Translations under genes and position numbers: made by a program
Assembly (NCBI GenBank): GCA_010909165.1
Contig: MU008186.1
Coordinates: 310,001 to 374,000, forward strand
Reading direction: 5' to 3'
Length of the DNA stretch: 64,000 nucleotides
DNA from: Anthoceros angustus
Taxonomy: Eukaryota > Plantae > Anthocerotophyta
Part shown: positions 59,586 to 64,000 of the stretch, piece by piece
Layout: each line of letters starts with the position of its first letter
Numbering within the stretch: the first letter of the stretch is position 1
The notes under the pieces: generated by a model
What the model saw: only the letters and a program-made list of their open reading frames with translations
The model's database searches: none
Told to the model about the DNA's origin: nothing

Positions 59586-60450
59586 CACTACAAGAGAAAG
59601 ACCTTTTCAACAACACAACTAGCAATAAATTTTACAACGATTTTACAATGAACTGCTGTAAAATCCTTTGCACTTTGACTACTTCAGGCATTGTAAAATG
59701 CTGACTAGCGGATTACATGGCACTTAACTACTCCCCGGCTAATCGGCTGCCACATCATGTACCCGCTGGGTAGTGAATTTACAATGGCCTTTACAACCTT
59801 CGAGTTTTTTCTATAGTTATCTCTCAATGATTTGCAATAAATTGTACGACAACTAGTACAATGAGATTTACAATACTTAAAGATGTCTTAGTGATTTGTA
59901 ATAGCCCTTTATAACAGTTCGAACAACACAAAGTACAACCTTAATTACAACACATATTTACAACACGCTTTATAACACAGCTTACAACGTACTTCATAAT
60001 TGGTGCAATGCCTACTAGAATACGTATTAACACAAATTAAAACTTAAATTCTAATTTGTGCAACATAAATTATAACACGTATTACAACATATGTTTTAAA
60101 ATTGCAATACAAATTATAACATGATTGTAACATAAATTACAATAAGAGTGCAACTTTAATTACAATATGATTGTAACGTAAATTACAATAGGATTACAAC
60201 GTAAATTACAACAGTTTGAGACGTCTCAAACAATTACAATAATTATTGCAATGTAAATTAACAACACCTATTCGAACAATGTTTTGAAATTGCAACACAA
60301 ATTACAATATGATTGCAACGTAAATTATAACAGTTTGAGACATCCAAACATTTACAATAATTACTGCAACGCATATTACACGCGAATTAGCGGTACATGT
60401 TATAAAATTACAACGTTGTTCATATACTACAATGCTATTCAAATTACTAT
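59586..60450. mobile_element. CACTA transposon left end with subterminal repeats
   Basis: CACTACAAGA terminus followed by dozens of ttacaac/ttgtaa-type motifs; the partner terminus was not found in the window. Confidence 0.7.
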
Positions 60451-61379
60451 GCGGTTCATATCTAATTTTTTTTAATTTATATTCTGCACGATACATATCA
60501 GCCAACTTCTTAATTATGTGAGATTTTCTTTTTGGGGCAAAATTCTAGTCCTACGCAATGACAATTGATAAGCATATGAAGACAATCGAGACTCTTCACA
60601 TCGCATGTACAAGGTAGAAATACAGCGAACCATGTCCTCAGACCAGCTGGCATGCTCGTCCTGCGTCTAAACTTCTTGACAAGGCCTCTGCCTCTGCTGT
60701 ATTATTACCAACACTATGTCAAAAGAGCCATCTCAAGAGAAACCAGAATGAAGATAAAACACTAGCTAATCTCACGGATTCGACCAAGTGTTCAAGGCAC
60801 AAAGTCCAGGTCGTTTTACATGTTCATTAGAAGCACTTTGAGGAGTCATAGCTATATTAGCCTCCACCACAGCTAGTAAAATCTAATTGGCGCTGGAAGA
60901 TTGTGCAATATCATGCTAGCACGAGGACCTCAAGATATTGGAATGATCAATACAAACAGTGGCAGACTAAGTACAAACAGCACATGAATTCGTACCTGTT
61001 GGAGCGCCAGTCAAACAAGTATTCCAACAAGTGTCTCAAAGGAATCATATTGATTATCCGGAGGAGCTATGCATATGGTACACACGAGATCGAAAGTTAT
61101 GATGGTTGCAAGTTACTTAGGCAAATCGGGTGTAACCACTGCCGAGACGGCGGAACTAGAACTTGTCATATGAGACCTATGCGAGATGTTATGTGCATCT
61201 ATGATAAAAGATAAAAACACAAGGATCAACAAAATGATGTCAACATTTTCAGGAACATAAAATAATTATATGCTTATCAATCACTATCAATGATATGGAA
61301 TGAACAATCTGAGTTATGAGACTATGAAAGGCTTTTGATACCACAAGTTTGGAAGAGTATATCCGGAGGTGTAGTTTCT

Positions 61380-62170
61380 TTTCCACGAGATACACAAACT
61401 GCACATTTGGACAAGTAAGACTAATCTTATTTCAGCTCCTTGGGACGTCTCCATGCACACCAACCAAGGGCGGCTAAGTTGTCTCGAAGAAATTCAATCG
61501 CCTTGGAAAGTATGTCCCTACAGAAAGGGAACTTGAATCCCGGTGGCATAGCAGATTTAGATCTCGGGCAAGTGTCGCCGGATTGCATGAAACATAAACA
61601 ACTCAAGAAGCCCTCAACTTCAACAAAAATTGCACTGGTTTCACGTGCAGGCCTGGCTTGTTCGGGTCTGTAAACAAAAAGATTTCAGGCTAGTGCTTTA
61701 AAAACATAAAACAAAGAGGAGAGGAATCTCACTAGCATAGAATATAGCTTGACCTATGTCCGCAATGTCTATTTGCGGTAGATCCCTCCCAAAATCACCT
61801 GATAATTTGCTCAACTTCGTCGGTCTCCTTCGACGAAAGTGGCATTATGCATATTATTTCGTTTCCTATTTCTGCGTGCGCAGCCACAGCTTTTAGAACC
61901 AACTCGCAGCCATAGACATGCTTTAGTCTGGAAGATCAGGTCATGTGTACCACCACTAATCTACAGCTTCCTAGACATGATGTGTCAGATTACAGTAACC
62001 TAGAACCACATTGCTTATTTCAAGCAAAGGGGTTAACAAAACGGCATAACTTACTCCACAGAGAGACAACACTCACTTTTGCGCCATGGTCAGACCAATT
62101 GTACCGGTGCCACAGAACAAATTGAGAAGTACCTCACTTCTATCGGCCCTCAGACTACATGCATCCAAAA
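61380..62170 (-). pseudogene. TrmA/RlmD-family RNA (uracil-5)-methyltransferase 3' fragment with introns, disrupted
   Basis: EVLLNLFCGTGTIGLTMA, KHVYGCELV, NATFVEGD, PNKPGLH, VVYVSCNPATLARDL; stops and frameshifts; the 5' part is absent. Confidence 0.8.
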
Positions 62171-62504
62171 TATTGAGTAAAAAATATTTGTTACAACATC
62201 TCATTGAAACAAGGTTAGTCTCCACTTTTAGGGATTCGGAAGACTTTGCTTGAAAAGATCCAAAAAAATGCCAAAAAATCATACTCAATGGAAAACTAGT
62301 CACTTGGCCATGTTTTCGCTCGAAAACACCACCTAGCATTTAACCATCATGACCAAAAACAACGTGACAAAGTCATGGAAAATGCCAAATCTTCGCGCAT
62401 TGGATATGGATTTTCCCATTTCCGGGGATGTGCCGGATTCCAAATGGTCAATTCTTAGACGTAATGGCACAAAACCCATCTGACACAGGAACCAATTCCG
62501 CTAT

Positions 62505-62655
62505 TTGCGCTGGCCTACCGGTGGCAGAGGCCTCACTACGTCGACCTACCAGCGCAAGCCGTCCCTGCTCCGGTCTACTGGCGCAAGCCGTCATTGTGCC
62601 GACCTACTGGCGCAGTGTCCTCATTTGCGTCGGCCTACCGGCGCAGTGTCGTCAT
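62505..62655. repeat. Diverged ~25-bp GC-rich tandem repeat
   Basis: Recurrent cggcctaccggcgcag / cgacctactggcgcag units. Confidence 0.7.
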
Positions 62656-64000
62656 CAACAACATGCAGGGAGATAAACAATATGCTTCAAGACAACCTCT
62701 TACAAATGTTCTACATGCGGGCTTTACTTCCACATAATAGAACATCTAGCTTACGGCGGTGCGCTTCCGGGCACTACCAAAATTTTGAGGTATTGTCATT
62801 GTTACTGTGGTGAGTACTGTATTTTCTTTTAATGGTGCTTCCGGCATTTCAGCATATTGTGCTGCAATAGCCGTATGGGGTACTGCGCGTTGTGAACAGC
62901 CCTCCACGGCGTCGCGAGGTCCGCGGTGCCCCACAAGCAGCCTACATAATGAGGGCCCGTAAAATGTGGATAGGGTTAGTGCTATGAATGGTGAATGTGC
63001 TGGGTCTCGGCGACATAAATTATTAGGGTTATGTGTAAATGTAATAACACACATGCTGAGAATCCCATGTTTTTGTGTGTTTATGTGCTAATGACTACCA
63101 GAGGGTACAGGTCTTGCGGTTGAACTATGTGTTTGTGTGAAAGTGTTAATAAGAGCGTTGCATAGTCCTAGAAAAATTTAGTTAGGAGATGTTTGAGCGT
63201 TGGTCTAATAAATATTTGGCCTACAGTACGAGCTGCCAATAATCTACTAATGATTATACCACAAATAATCTACTAATCTAAAATTTAATAAAAAGGTCTA
63301 GGATTACTAAGCTTGAGACGATTGACTAGCTGGTAGAGAGTGGATAGACACACAAGTCACGCTCGCTTGTATACTATCGGGTAGAACGCATGCATAAGAG
63401 AAAGAGGATGTTGAGTGACAAGCCAGGACGGCATGTCACCAAGGCCCGCATGTAGAATTCTACATTTATACATATGTACAACGAATCAAGCCTTCCATAT
63501 GTATTGTATACCTGCAGCGTGTACAGACAAGCTAGGGCCCACATCGGGCGGACCGTCAGGAATAATCATTCAATACCATGGGCCCTGGACCTTCAGACCG
63601 GGCCCTAGACTTTCAGACCGGGCCCCAGCCTTCGTCTTCAAATGATGAAAACGAAAGCTGCGGGACAACAATGATAGTGCTGATGTGAAGCAGCGCAAGA
63701 ACGGACGGCAGCCAATGCCAGCGTCCATTTTTTGATCCAACAATACAAGTCTCAGCGTAGGGCATGTGCACTAACGTGTTTCACTGGCAAATCTATCAGA
63801 TGCAAAACGCTGTGGCCCTCACCGCGTGTGTAGATGCCTTTCCAGACTTCACCTGGATCGGATCCTTCAGCCGCTACCGCATTCTGAAGTCTTGCCGTCA
63901 GCTGCACTGATCTTGAAGGAAATGCATACGGACAGCCAGGCCAACAATAGCCCATGCCCAATTTCCAACCTCTACATCGTCACTTCGACTTGGTCACATC

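Noticed and set aside
63640-64000. Coding-like GC content at the window end
   Set aside because: No frame gave a recognisable product; truncated by the window edge.

Overview
Gene-dense, short-intron land-plant nuclear DNA. A PLS-class PPR protein with a WW-type PG box, plus a fragment of the flagellar gene CCDC40, point to a hornwort (inference). Intact spliced genes: D-amino-acid transaminase/ADC lyase (partial), a conserved plastid-type protein of unknown function, cytosolic histidyl-tRNA synthetase (HisRS), a CPFC glutaredoxin, ALG14, mitoribosomal mS37, PNO1, ALG12 and SOS1/NHX7. Intronless genes: a 1072-aa PPR editing factor and an F-box gene. About 15.8-25.2 kb is a duplication hotspot. 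It holds two paralogous orphan genes encoding small basic-motif (NLS-like) proteins and three intron-retaining, chimeric, degenerate HisRS copies, two of which bracket the intact F-box gene. Mobile DNA: a TIR-bounded MULE-SWIM element with a nested TA-TSD MITE, a Copia remnant with an inverted RT/RNase H part, a Helitron 3' end and a CACTA end. Captured or decayed fragments of CCDC40, PPR, trihelix and TrmA-family genes also occur. Best leads: the HisRS-copy/F-box/orphan cluster, a SOS1 lacking both canonical autoinhibition/SOS2 motifs, and a glutaredoxin with nested start codons giving different targeting signals. All family calls come from motif recognition by eye; no searches were run.
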